Assembly (NCBI GenBank): GCA_002011035.2
Contig: MTLY02000003.1
Span: 667,053-731,052, forward strand
From: Candidatus Hecatella orcuttiae
GTDB taxonomy: Archaea; Thermoproteota; Bathyarchaeia; Hecatellales; Hecatellaceae
Length of the DNA: 64,000 bases
Direction of reading: 5' to 3'
Positions 37,174-46,541 of this stretch are shown here, piece after piece. Position 1 is the first letter of the stretch. The number at the start of each line of letters is the position of its first letter. A program made the position numbers and the translations under genes. The notes beneath the pieces were generated by a model that was given only the letters and a program-made list of their open reading frames with translations, was not told the origin of the DNA and made no database searches.

Positions 37174-38202
37174 GTGAAGTTAACCCGCCGCAAACTTGTA
37201 GCAGTCACCGCCTTAGGGGGGATAGGCGTTCTGTTGAGCGGTTATTTTCTCGCCATCTCTACTCGGAAGATGATGGAGGTGGAGAGCGGTGGTGAAAACG
37301 TGGAAGTTTATCTGATAAAGACGTCGGACAGAAGCGTTGGAATAAGAAGTATCCTCCGCCGATTCGGCTTGGAGAGTTATCGTGGAAAAACCGTTGCCTT
37401 GAAGGCTAACTTTAATAGCGCCGACCCCTTCCCAGCCTCAACACATGTGGAAACCCTCCGAAGCTTGGTGGAAGAGCTGAAGAAAGCCGGAGTAGGCTCG
37501 CTGACCTTGGCCGAGCGGAGCGGCATGGGCGACACCCGGAAAGTCTTAGAGCAGATGGGCGTCTTCAATCTTTCAGAGAAACTGGGCTTTAAAACAGTGG
37601 TGCTGGACGAGGAGGGCAGGGATGGGTGGGTCAAGATCCAGCCGAAGGGAACCCACTGGCTGAAAGGATTCCCCATCGCAAGAGTTTTCCTCGACGCCGA
37701 CAGGGTGGTTCAAACTTGCTGCCTGAAAACCCACCGTTTCGGAGGGCATTTCACCATGTCCCTGAAGAACTCGGTAGGCCTTGTGGCTAAGCACTTTCCC
37801 GGTGAACCGTATAACTACATGTGGGAGCTACATTCCTCCCCTTATCAGAGGCTTATGATTGCCGAGATCAACCGGTTCTACAAGGTCGACTTGGTGCTCA
37901 TGGACGCTTTGGAAGCCTTTGTGAGCGGAGGGCCTGAGCGCGGCGAACTGGTGAAACCTAGCCTCCTGCTGGCCAGCCGAGACAGAGTTGCCATCGATGC
38001 GGTGGGAGTAGCCATCCTCCGAAGCCACGGTTCGACGAAGGAGGTCATGAAAGGAAGAATCTTCGACCTAGACCAGATCCGCAGGGCAGCTGAACTCGGC
38101 CTAGGCGTCAGCTCACCCTCAAAAATAAAGCTCATCCCTCTAGACGGGGAAAGCGTCGGGGAAGTGAAAAAGCTTGAGGAAATCCTCCGTTCTCAAGGAT
38201 AA
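37174..38202 (+). CDS. DUF362 family protein with Tat-like N-terminal anchor
   Basis: LTRRKLV plus hydrophobic helix; LKANFNSAD, LKTHRFGGHFTMSLKNSVG, DRVAIDAVG. Confidence 0.85.
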   Translation: MKLTRRKLVAVTALGGIGVLLSGYFLAISTRKMMEVESGGENVEVYLIKTSDRSVGIRSILRRFGLESYRGKTVALKANFNSADPFPASTHVETLRSLVEELKKAGVGSLTLAERSGMGDTRKVLEQMGVFNLSEKLGFKTVVLDEEGRDGWVKIQPKGTHWLKGFPIARVFLDADRVVQTCCLKTHRFGGHFTMSLKNSVGLVAKHFPGEPYNYMWELHSSPYQRLMIAEINRFYKVDLVLMDALEAFVSGGPERGELVKPSLLLASRDRVAIDAVGVAILRSHGSTKEVMKGRIFDLDQIRRAAELGLGVSSPSKIKLIPLDGESVGEVKKLEEILRSQG

Positions 38203-38211
38203 AACCGTCTC

Positions 38212-38691
38212 CTATTTCAGTATCGCCCCGCAGAAAGGGCAGAGGTTGTATCCTTTCAAAAGCGGTTTACCGCAGCTGAGGCATCTGGGCTGGGAGGCTG
38301 AGTTGACCAAAGACGAGACCTGTTTTCTGATGTAGGTCCACAGTTTTTCCTCGAAATATTTGTAGGCTGCAGCGCTCGCACCCGCGGCTATTAGGCCGGC
38401 TCCCAGCGTGATCGCCCCCACTATGGCTGAGGCGGCGATGTTCTTCCCCCAGTCGCCGGTTCCCACGGTGACCTCGAAGTCGTTGGGGTTGCCCTTAACC
38501 ACGATGTCGAGGCATCTCCTCGCTCCGAGGAGGGTTCTCACAGCGTCTGCTTTTATGGCTTGAACATGGTAGAAGCCGGCTTTTCTGGTGAGTTTGGCTT
38601 CAAAATCATGGGTGTTGCAATAGTCCACGATCGACGTTGCAAGCCGTCCTAAATCCACGTTTAAAGCAGTCCACCGCTCCTTTCTAACCAA
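38212..38691 (-). CDS. Membrane-associated zinc-ribbon domain protein
   Basis: Gly/Ala-rich hydrophobic hairpin and C-terminal CLSCG...CPFCG. Confidence 0.7.
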   Translation of the reverse strand: MVRKERWTALNVDLGRLATSIVDYCNTHDFEAKLTRKAGFYHVQAIKADAVRTLLGARRCLDIVVKGNPNDFEVTVGTGDWGKNIAASAIVGAITLGAGLIAAGASAAAYKYFEEKLWTYIRKQVSSLVNSASQPRCLSCGKPLLKGYNLCPFCGAILK

Positions 38692-38854
38692 GGAACATAC
38701 CAGCCTGGGGAAGCTGTGACATCAACAGTACACCGGGCCTCCTTTAATCTTTCCGGCCAGAAGATGTTTTTAGTCTTTTCTGGAAAGAAATAATCAGCAT
38801 CCACAGGAATGTTTAATGGAGAGGCTGACAAAAGTTCTATGGCCGGTGAACTGA

Positions 38855-39604
38855 ATGGCTGCGCGCAACTCCGTCGAAAGCTGGGAAGAAAGGAGCCGGT
38901 TGAAAATCGCCTCCGCCTTCTCTCTTGTAGGCGGAATTCTAATGCTTTCAGGTAGCTTAGTCAGGTGGTTTTGGTGGAGCCGGGGATGGATGAGCGGAAG
39001 CCTCATGGGTATGCACATGATGCGCATGGGGCCGATGATGGGCGGCTGGCCGGGAGGGCCGCTCCCCATATGGAGCATAATAGGCCTTGGAGGCGGACTC
39101 GCTGTGGTCCTCTGTGCTCTTCTTCTCCATGCTAGACCTGACCGACGTCTCCTAGGAGCTCTTATCATAGTTTTCTCCTCCCTGAGCATTCCAGCCTCAC
39201 TAGGAGGATTCGTGGCAGGCTTCTTCTTAGCGGTTTTGGGCGGAATATTAGCTCTCACTTGGAAAGTAGCCCCGCCTAGCACCGGTAGGTGGGTCTACGC
39301 TCCTCCGCAGCCTACCCTAAAGGAAGGCGAGACACCTACAGACGCCCTCTCCGCTGCTTTAACTTTGATGCGCCCGATTCTTTCCGAGGATGAGCAAAGG
39401 GTTTTGGAGGAGATAGTTAAGGCTCGGGGGGAAATCCTCCAAAGAGACCTACCCAAGAAACTGGGTTTCTCCAAGGCTGCCGTCAGTAAGGTCATTTCAA
39501 CCCTAGAAAGGAGAGGCGTGGTGGCTAGGGAAAAATACAAATGGACCTACCGGGTTAGACTCTCGGAAAGGCTTATTTCAGAGGCTAAAAACAGTTATGA
39601 ATAA
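38855..39604 (+). CDS. Membrane-anchored winged-HTH regulator with Met-rich loop
   Basis: About four TM helices, MSGSLMGMHMMRMGPMMGG, and LSEDEQRVL..ILQRDL..LGFSKAAVS..LERRG. Confidence 0.75.
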   Translation: MAARNSVESWEERSRLKIASAFSLVGGILMLSGSLVRWFWWSRGWMSGSLMGMHMMRMGPMMGGWPGGPLPIWSIIGLGGGLAVVLCALLLHARPDRRLLGALIIVFSSLSIPASLGGFVAGFFLAVLGGILALTWKVAPPSTGRWVYAPPQPTLKEGETPTDALSAALTLMRPILSEDEQRVLEEIVKARGEILQRDLPKKLGFSKAAVSKVISTLERRGVVAREKYKWTYRVRLSERLISEAKNSYE

Positions 39605-39718
39605 TTAGAAACGTTTAAAAACAAAAATAAACTATTTCTAGGCTTAACTAATTGTAAAAAGGTTTAACAGAGGCTTTCTGCTATTCTCAGCCAACAAAAA
39701 AGGAGGTGTGAATGGAAA

Positions 39719-40543
39719 ATGGGAGACGACAAAAAAATCTTGACCGTTACCCTAGTGGCGATTTTAACATTGGCCGCAGCCTTCTCTCTAATATGGATAA
39801 GTGCGCAGGCTTCCCCGCTGCCGACAGTGAGGATGCGCCCCTCCGATAACTTGACTTTTCAAGGGAGATGGAGCGGTATGGGCGGCTATGGAAGCGGGGT
39901 TATGGCCCCCCAAGCCGGTAGGCCTACTCCCTACGGGTGTGGAATGGGCCACGGAATGATGGACGGCTGGCACGGTCCCAGCGGAGGAATGGGCTGGGGT
40001 ATGGGGTGCCCGATGATGGGGGTTTCCGCCTACTCTTATCCCCCCCGCCTCCTCCAGCCTCTATCCATCGAAGAAGCAGTGAAAATTGCGGAAGGCTATC
40101 TGGCGTCCTTAGGTAACCCTGACCTCGCGGTGGAGGAAATCGAAGAGTACACGCTGAATTTCTATGTGCTCTACTACGAAAGAAGCACAGGCATGGGCGC
40201 TTTCGAGATGCTCATCGACAAGTACACGGGAAACATCTACCCGGAGCCCGGGCCTAACATGATGTGGAACACCAAATACGGGGCAATGGGCAGGTACTGG
40301 GCGGCTTCCTCAGCGGACATGCCCATAACCCGGGACCAAGCCGTCAAGATTGCTCAAAACTACCTAGACCTCTATCTCCCCGGAGCCACGGTGGAAGATG
40401 TCCACGCCCTTTACGGCTACTACACAGTTATGATCGCCCTCAACGGCCAGACCTACGGCATGCTCAGCGTCAACGGTTACAGCGGTCAGATCTGGTACCA
40501 TACATGGCACGGTCTATTTGTTCAAGAAATTGAAGTAGAATAA
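39719..40543 (+). CDS. Secreted Met/Gly-rich PepSY-domain protein
   Basis: Signal peptide, GMGHGMM/GMGWGMGCPMMG, two PepSY-like repeats, PEPGPNMMWNTKYG, WYHTWHG. Confidence 0.78.
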   Translation: MGDDKKILTVTLVAILTLAAAFSLIWISAQASPLPTVRMRPSDNLTFQGRWSGMGGYGSGVMAPQAGRPTPYGCGMGHGMMDGWHGPSGGMGWGMGCPMMGVSAYSYPPRLLQPLSIEEAVKIAEGYLASLGNPDLAVEEIEEYTLNFYVLYYERSTGMGAFEMLIDKYTGNIYPEPGPNMMWNTKYGAMGRYWAASSADMPITRDQAVKIAQNYLDLYLPGATVEDVHALYGYYTVMIALNGQTYGMLSVNGYSGQIWYHTWHGLFVQEIEVE

Positions 40544-40741
40544 ACTCCGGCTTTTATCAAGCCGGGGCTCCCGATTTTTTATGATCCTTAAACCTCGGTT
40601 GTTGTGATCCAACCCCGTTTTCTAGTCAAATGCTTTTTTGATGCAGAAAATCGATTTCGTCGGTGGTGACATGAAATTTTCAATCCGTCGGCTTAAAAAT
40701 TTAAATACAGAAATCCGGCTTCACCTTTTACGTGATGATAA

Positions 40742-41506
40742 ATGAAATTGAGGGCAGTTGATCTAACTCAGCCGCTGGGAATAAAAACTCCGCCGTTTCC
40801 CGGCGGTAGACCCATGACCATTAAATATACGAATAGGATTTCCGGTGACGGATATGGTCAGCAGGAATACACTTTCACAACTCACACGGGGACGCATCTT
40901 GACGGCCCCTTGCACTTTGACCCGAAAGGCGAGGACCTTGCAAGTTTACCCATGGATAAGCTCTTCGGGGAAGGGGTTATCGTCGACGTCAGTGAAGTCG
41001 GGGAATACGGAATTTACACGCCTAAGCACGTTACGGAAAAGGTTGAAGTTAAGAAGGGGGATATTCTCATAATTCACACAGGCTTCCACAAGTATTATGT
41101 CGGAGACAGAGACCCGGATGAGGTGGCCTACTTCTACAAGCACCCTGGACCTGACTGGGAGTTCAGAAACTGGTGCGCTGAAATGAAGTTTAAATGGCTA
41201 GGGGTGGACGCTGCCTCTCAAGACCATCCTATGAACATAGCTGACCTCAGAAAGTTGAGGCCCAAGTTCGTCGAAGAATTCGAGAAGAAACACGGCAAAA
41301 AGAGGGAGGAGATTTTCCCCGACGAAATGGAGCATCTGATGCACTGGTCGCTTTTCGCCAAGCCGCATCAGATCATTCACGTCGAAAACGTAGGCGGAGA
41401 CATCGACAGCGTGCTAAACCGCCGGGCGTTGATCGGCTGCTTCCCCCTCAAGGTGGTGGACGGAGAGTCCAGCCCCTGCAGGGTCGTAGCCTTTATCGAA
41501 GACTGA
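40742..41506 (+). CDS. Cyclase family (kynurenine formamidase-like) metal hydrolase
   Basis: HTGTHLDGPLHF (HxGTHxDxPxH), HVENVG, DGESSPCRVVA. Confidence 0.9.
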   Translation: MKLRAVDLTQPLGIKTPPFPGGRPMTIKYTNRISGDGYGQQEYTFTTHTGTHLDGPLHFDPKGEDLASLPMDKLFGEGVIVDVSEVGEYGIYTPKHVTEKVEVKKGDILIIHTGFHKYYVGDRDPDEVAYFYKHPGPDWEFRNWCAEMKFKWLGVDAASQDHPMNIADLRKLRPKFVEEFEKKHGKKREEIFPDEMEHLMHWSLFAKPHQIIHVENVGGDIDSVLNRRALIGCFPLKVVDGESSPCRVVAFIED

Positions 41507-41560
41507 TAATTTCAACGAGTCCAAACTGCTTGGGAAACTTGGAAGCCGCGGGATGTCGCC

Positions 41561-42853
41561 TTACCGGTTACAGGGCCAAGTATCCGGTAGGCCCCATCGT
41601 CTCCTAGCCTCGGCTACTGCTTTTTCAAAGCATTCAAGGGGCGGGTATACGATGCCCGCTCCCACCTGTCCTATGCCTGGAGACCTGTGGGCTAAGCCGG
41701 TGTTGATTACCGGAGTGATGCCTGTTCGCAGCACTTTTCTGATGTCTATTCCCAAAGGTGTGCCTTCATAATCCAAGTACGGTATCCGGTAGTCTCTATG
41801 TTTGGCAACGGTTATCCTGTACATCTGCTTGGTGGATTGAACTCCGAAGCTCGGCGACCCGCCTACGAACTCTGCTATGGCTGGAGAAGCCGCCATGGCG
41901 AATCCCCCGATACCCGCCGGCTCTGAGATGTAGGAGTCCCCCACCACGGGGTTGGCGTCCTCTAAGCGGAAGCCTTGGAAGATCTTTCCGCTTGACTGCA
42001 CGGGGGCAGGTGCGGTGAACCACCGGTTTCCCAGACCGCTTACTCTGATTCCCAGCTCGACGCCGTTGGTCGTTATCGCTGTGACCACCGTGCTGTAGTT
42101 GATTCCTTGAGCTGGATCCATCGTCGCCTTACTGGACGCCATGGACAGGTTCAGGAAGAAATGGTCGTTTCCCCCGATAAAGTCGAGAACTCTGGCTAAA
42201 GTTTCTCTTTCTATGTTCGACCTAACTAGGGGTGGGGTGATGGTTTTGAAAAAAATCGCCGTCGCCGACTTGTTTCTGTTATGGCATTCGTCTCCTCTTC
42301 TCAGAGCTTCAGCTATCATTCTTTTCAAATTGATTTCCCCTAAGGCTTTTATCGCCGCCTTTAGCGCAGGCATCAAGGCTTTTTCCATCCATCTCAGCCT
42401 TTCCACCACCTCCGTGTTGTTAGCTCCGAACCTCAAGGTCTTAACCTGCCCTACGCCCTCGTTCAGATTGGAGAAGGCCGTGTTTCCGAAGGTTTTGTTC
42501 TTCACGACGAACACGGGCATGGAAGGTGAAATGATTCCCGCCATCGGCGCAACGGCATCATGTTCATGGGTTGTCGAAAACCTGATCCGGCCTTGTTCCA
42601 CAAGTCTGGCGGCTTCCTCAACATCTCTGGCTAAACCTTCGTATACAAGGGCTCCTAGGGCCGCGCCTTTCATGGGTCCGCACATTCTCTTCCATTCTAT
42701 CGGGGGCCCTGCGTGCAGAAGCATGTCTTCCTTCATTCCAGGTATGACTTTCACAGCTTTGTTGATGTCCACCAACACGGTTTCCGCGTTTACTATTTTC
42801 TCGATCACTCTCGCGTTGGCTTCGTCTATCATTTCATCCACAGTTTTACTCAT
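41561..42853 (-). CDS. DUF1116 / YlbE (AllG-like) protein
   Basis: LLHAGPPI.W..MCGPM.GA, PMAGIISPSMPV, GDECHNRN, INTGLAH..PGIGQVGAG. Confidence 0.88.
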   Translation of the reverse strand: MSKTVDEMIDEANARVIEKIVNAETVLVDINKAVKVIPGMKEDMLLHAGPPIEWKRMCGPMKGAALGALVYEGLARDVEEAARLVEQGRIRFSTTHEHDAVAPMAGIISPSMPVFVVKNKTFGNTAFSNLNEGVGQVKTLRFGANNTEVVERLRWMEKALMPALKAAIKALGEINLKRMIAEALRRGDECHNRNKSATAIFFKTITPPLVRSNIERETLARVLDFIGGNDHFFLNLSMASSKATMDPAQGINYSTVVTAITTNGVELGIRVSGLGNRWFTAPAPVQSSGKIFQGFRLEDANPVVGDSYISEPAGIGGFAMAASPAIAEFVGGSPSFGVQSTKQMYRITVAKHRDYRIPYLDYEGTPLGIDIRKVLRTGITPVINTGLAHRSPGIGQVGAGIVYPPLECFEKAVAEARRRWGLPDTWPCNR

Positions 42854-42929
42854 GCTTTCCCTGTTCCCCTGTTACTATGACTGTCTTCGGTGAATTAGAT
42901 GAAAACCTGCGTGCTCCGGAAATGTTCTA

Positions 42930-43322
42930 TTAGTCCAAAACAGCGTCCGCGTCTACCTCAACCAGAAGCTCTTCTGATGCTAGGCTTTTGACGACGAGAA
43001 GGGTGCTGGCTGGGAGAACGCCCCCTTTAAAGTATCGTTTACGCACTTCATGGAACTTAGGGCGGTTTTTGAGGTCGGTGAGGTAGATTCGCATCCTCAC
43101 TATGTTATCCAAAGTTCCCCCGCTGGCTTCCAAGATGGATTTCAAACACTCGAACACGTGAACTGTCTGCGCTTCCATGTCTCCCTTACCGACGATTTCC
43201 CCTTTTTCGTCGAAGGCCGCTTGGCCGGAGATGAACAAAAACTTGCCAACCTTGACGGCGGGAGAAAGCATCCCGTTTCCCGGCCACACCCGGGACGTGG
43301 TTATGCATGTTTTCTCAACCAT
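42930..43322 (-). CDS. Rid/YjgF family protein
   Basis: LFISGQ, DMEAQT, PAST, LVEVDA. Confidence 0.88.
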   Translation of the reverse strand: MVEKTCITTSRVWPGNGMLSPAVKVGKFLFISGQAAFDEKGEIVGKGDMEAQTVHVFECLKSILEASGGTLDNIVRMRIYLTDLKNRPKFHEVRKRYFKGGVLPASTLLVVKSLASEELLVEVDADAVLD

Positions 43323-43419
43323 GGAGATCCCTTCTCTGTTGACTCACCTTTTTACAATTAAATTATTAAGTATAACGGTTAAAAGCTAGGCCTACAAAAA
43401 TGTTCTAGAGGCGGCTGAA

Positions 43420-43641
43420 TTACCCGCCGGCAACCGGGGGCGCCAAGGTTATCTCGTCGGCCTCCGGGTCAAATTCGGTGGTGACTTTTCGCAGATGCTT
43501 TTTCCGTTTGTAGGCAAGCCACCCTTGCTTCAGCTTTTCCTGGAAAATCTTCTTCGCTTCTTCGACGGAAGAGGGGTCGCTTTCGCTCCATTTCACCTTC
43601 TTGTTTTCGAGGAAAACCTTAAGCTCCCCCATCCTCATCAC
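43420..43641 (-). CDS. Small protein with C-terminal diglycine (..ADEITLAPPVAGG)
   Basis: ~70 aa ORF ending PPVAGG*, resembling the MoaD/SAMP tail. Confidence 0.7.
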   Translation of the reverse strand: MMRMGELKVFLENKKVKWSESDPSSVEEAKKIFQEKLKQGWLAYKRKKHLRKVTTEFDPEADEITLAPPVAGG

Positions 43642-43758
43642 ACTGGCAGACTTGTGGCTGAATGTATAACTGGAACGCAGATGAATTAAACCCGTCGATT
43701 AATTTCGTTTAAATTTTCGCGTATTTAAAGGTTGAGAAAAAGGTTCTCTTGTTGAAAG

Positions 43759-46053
43759 TCAAACTTTTCGGAGGGCTTTGAGGATTTTCTCCGCCGTAAG
43801 GGGGAGATCCCTTATCCTCACACCTGTGGCGTTGTACACGGCGTTGGCTATGGCTGCGGCCGTGGGCACCAAACCCGGCTCTCCCACGCCCTTCGCCCCG
43901 TAGGGGCCGTCGGGGTCGATGGACTCCACGATGACGGTCTCGGCTTCCGGCATATCCGCGGAGGTCAGCAGTTTGTAGTCTCGAAAATTCGGGTTAAGCA
44001 TGATGCCCTTTTCGTCTAAGAGGATCTCCTCGGTCAGAGCGTAGCCTATGCCTTGGTGTAGGGCGCCTTCAATCTGGCCCTCCACCGTTTGGGGGTTTAT
44101 AGCCCGGCCGACGTCATAGGCGGACACCATCTTGAGCACTTTCACATCCCCTGTTTCCGTATTCACCTCCACCTCAGCGAACTGCGCGCCGAAGGGGTGA
44201 GTCGGCGCTATGCGGCCGTAGAACGACCTAACATCCGGGCTTTCCGTGTTGGGAGTGTCGTAGTCCGCCTTGCCCATGATGGTCCTCCCCTCGGAAAACT
44301 GTGCAAAACGGATCACATCCGAGATGGGCGCAGACCTACTGGGGTTTCTTTTAACGTAAATTCTCTGACCCCCCGCTTCTAAGTCTTCAACTTTGGCGTC
44401 CAGCATCCGAGCGGCGACTTCCAAAAGTTGGCGTTTAACCTCCGCGGCAGTTGCCTTCACCGCGTTGCCTACTATGAAGGTTGTTTTACTGGCATAGACC
44501 CCGTAATCGTAGGGGCAGATGTCCGTGTCGGCTGTAATTAGATAGACATCCCTCACCCTGATCCCCAACTCTTCCGCAACCATCTGTGCCAGCACCGTGT
44601 CGGAGCCCTGCCCGATATCAGGCGCTCCGGTAATTAGGGTCACTGTGCCGTCTTCGTTGAGCTTTATCATGGCGGAGGCGGTGTCGCTGCCGAGACAGTA
44701 GCCGGTGGAGTGTATCATAGACGCCATGCCCACCCCCCTCGCCTTGCCGCCGGCTCCTTTCGGTGTTTTCCGCTTTTTATCCCAGCCTATTCTTTCCGCT
44801 CCTTTCCGAACGCATTCTTCTATGCCGCAGCTGGTTATCTGCCATCCGATGGCGGTTACATCGCCGCTTCGAACGTGGTTTTTCAGCCTAAACTCCTTAG
44901 GGTCTATTCCCAACTCTTCCGCCATTAAGTCTATCTGAGACTCCACGGCAAAATTTATCTGAGGATTTCCATACCCGCGGAAGGCGCCCGCCACAGGCGT
45001 GTTGGTGTATACGCAGTACCCTACATACTTCACGTTGGGGCATCTGTACAGCGAGACGCCGGCTCCTAAGCCGTAGGGTACCACACACGGCCCGTGGGAG
45101 GCGTAGGCCCCAGTGTCAAAGACAGCCTTGATCACACGGGCTGTAAACAGGCCGTCTCGGGTTACTCCCGTCTTCAGCTCAACAATGCAAGGGTGCCTAG
45201 TTCGGGTGGCGGAGAAAACCTCCTCCCTGCTGTACTCCATCTTGACGGGCCGGCCTGTCTTCTTAGCCAGAAGCGCTGCGAAAGGTTCTACGATGAGCTC
45301 GGACTTCGCTCCAAAACCTCCTCCTATGGAGGGAACCATGCACCTGACCATGCTCAAAGGCATGCCTAAAATCTTAGCCAACGCGCTCCGCATGGAGAAG
45401 GGGTTCTGAGTAGGCGACCAAACTGTCAGTTTCCCCGCGCGGTCGAAGCTGCAGACGCATACATGCCTCTCCAAACAGCAGTGGGCAACCCGCGAAGTTG
45501 CATACCTGTCTTCAAAGACGGAGTAAGCCTCCTTCAAGCCTTTTTCCACGTTTCCCTGCCCCCCCTCCACCGTTTTTGCAACGTTATTCTTCACTCCCGG
45601 TATCTCCGGGTGAAGCTGGGGGGCGTCGGGCTTCATGGCCTCCTCCGGGTCGTAAACAGCCGGCAGCACCTCGTAGTCTACGTTTATCAGCTCCAAAGCT
45701 TCCTCAGCAACGTCCTCGTCCACAGCGGCAACTGCTGCCACAGGCTCCCCAACAAACCGAACCCTACTGTCGAAAACATATTGGTCGTAGACACAGTAGG
45801 GAGGGACATGGGTGCCCCACAAGATTCGGGGAGCATCTCGGTGGGTGACTACAGCCTTCACGCCCTTAAGCTTCTCCGCCCCAGCCGTGTCGACTCTGAG
45901 AATCTTGGCGTGGGGGTGAGGGCTTTTTAAAACTCTGCCGTAAAGCATCCCCGGCAGCTTTATGTCTCCTGTGTATACTGTTTCCCCTAAGGCCTTCTTC
46001 AGCACGTCAACCTTCGGCAGGCTTCTGCCAACGCATGAAAACTCGCTCATCAC
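43759..46053 (-). CDS. Xanthine dehydrogenase-family molybdoprotein, large subunit
   Basis: SPHPHAKI, GGGFGAK, AFRGYGNPQ, GQGSDT, GAKGVGEP (catalytic Glu). Confidence 0.95.
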   Translation of the reverse strand: MMSEFSCVGRSLPKVDVLKKALGETVYTGDIKLPGMLYGRVLKSPHPHAKILRVDTAGAEKLKGVKAVVTHRDAPRILWGTHVPPYCVYDQYVFDSRVRFVGEPVAAVAAVDEDVAEEALELINVDYEVLPAVYDPEEAMKPDAPQLHPEIPGVKNNVAKTVEGGQGNVEKGLKEAYSVFEDRYATSRVAHCCLERHVCVCSFDRAGKLTVWSPTQNPFSMRSALAKILGMPLSMVRCMVPSIGGGFGAKSELIVEPFAALLAKKTGRPVKMEYSREEVFSATRTRHPCIVELKTGVTRDGLFTARVIKAVFDTGAYASHGPCVVPYGLGAGVSLYRCPNVKYVGYCVYTNTPVAGAFRGYGNPQINFAVESQIDLMAEELGIDPKEFRLKNHVRSGDVTAIGWQITSCGIEECVRKGAERIGWDKKRKTPKGAGGKARGVGMASMIHSTGYCLGSDTASAMIKLNEDGTVTLITGAPDIGQGSDTVLAQMVAEELGIRVRDVYLITADTDICPYDYGVYASKTTFIVGNAVKATAAEVKRQLLEVAARMLDAKVEDLEAGGQRIYVKRNPSRSAPISDVIRFAQFSEGRTIMGKADYDTPNTESPDVRSFYGRIAPTHPFGAQFAEVEVNTETGDVKVLKMVSAYDVGRAINPQTVEGQIEGALHQGIGYALTEEILLDEKGIMLNPNFRDYKLLTSADMPEAETVIVESIDPDGPYGAKGVGEPGLVPTAAAIANAVYNATGVRIRDLPLTAEKILKALRKV

Positions 46054-46541
46054 CGGCCCTCATTTCTCAAAACCTTAGCGGCTGCTAAGATAGCTTTGAC
46101 AGGTTTAACGTAGCCCGTGCACCGGCATAGGTTCCCGGAGATAGCTTCCCTTACCTCCTGCTCTGTGGGGTCCGGGTTCTCGTCAAGCAAAGCCTTGGCG
46201 GCGAGAATCATCCCAGGCGTGCAGTAGCCGCATTGAATGGCGCCCTCTTCGATGAAGGCCTTTTGAAGCGGATGGAGGTCAGGCCCCTTGGCAAGACCTT
46301 CGATGGTGATTATCCTCCTACCCTCCGCCTGCGCGGCGAGCAACACGCAGGACTTAACGGCTTTCCCGTCCATGAGAACAGTGCAGGCGCCGCATTCGCC
46401 CGTGCCGCAGCCGTACTTAGTTCCGGTGAGGTTGAGTTCGTTTCTCAGGACGTGAAGCAACGTCCAATGAGGCTTCACCGCCACCTCATAGTCTTCCCCA
46501 TTTACATTTAACTTGATGAGCATTCGCCCCACCTGCATCAT
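46050..46541 (-). CDS. Xanthine dehydrogenase-family 2x[2Fe-2S] small subunit
   Basis: GCGTGECGAC, QCGYCTPG, GNLCRCTGY. Confidence 0.95.
   Translation of the reverse strand: MMQVGRMLIKLNVNGEDYEVAVKPHWTLLHVLRNELNLTGTKYGCGTGECGACTVLMDGKAVKSCVLLAAQAEGRRIITIEGLAKGPDLHPLQKAFIEEGAIQCGYCTPGMILAAKALLDENPDPTEQEVREAISGNLCRCTGYVKPVKAILAAAKVLRNEGR

Noticed and set aside
42141-42893. 250-aa plus-strand ORF and many similar antisense ORFs across the window
   Set aside because: They lie opposite well-supported genes, have Ser/Phe/Thr-rich shadow composition and show no motifs
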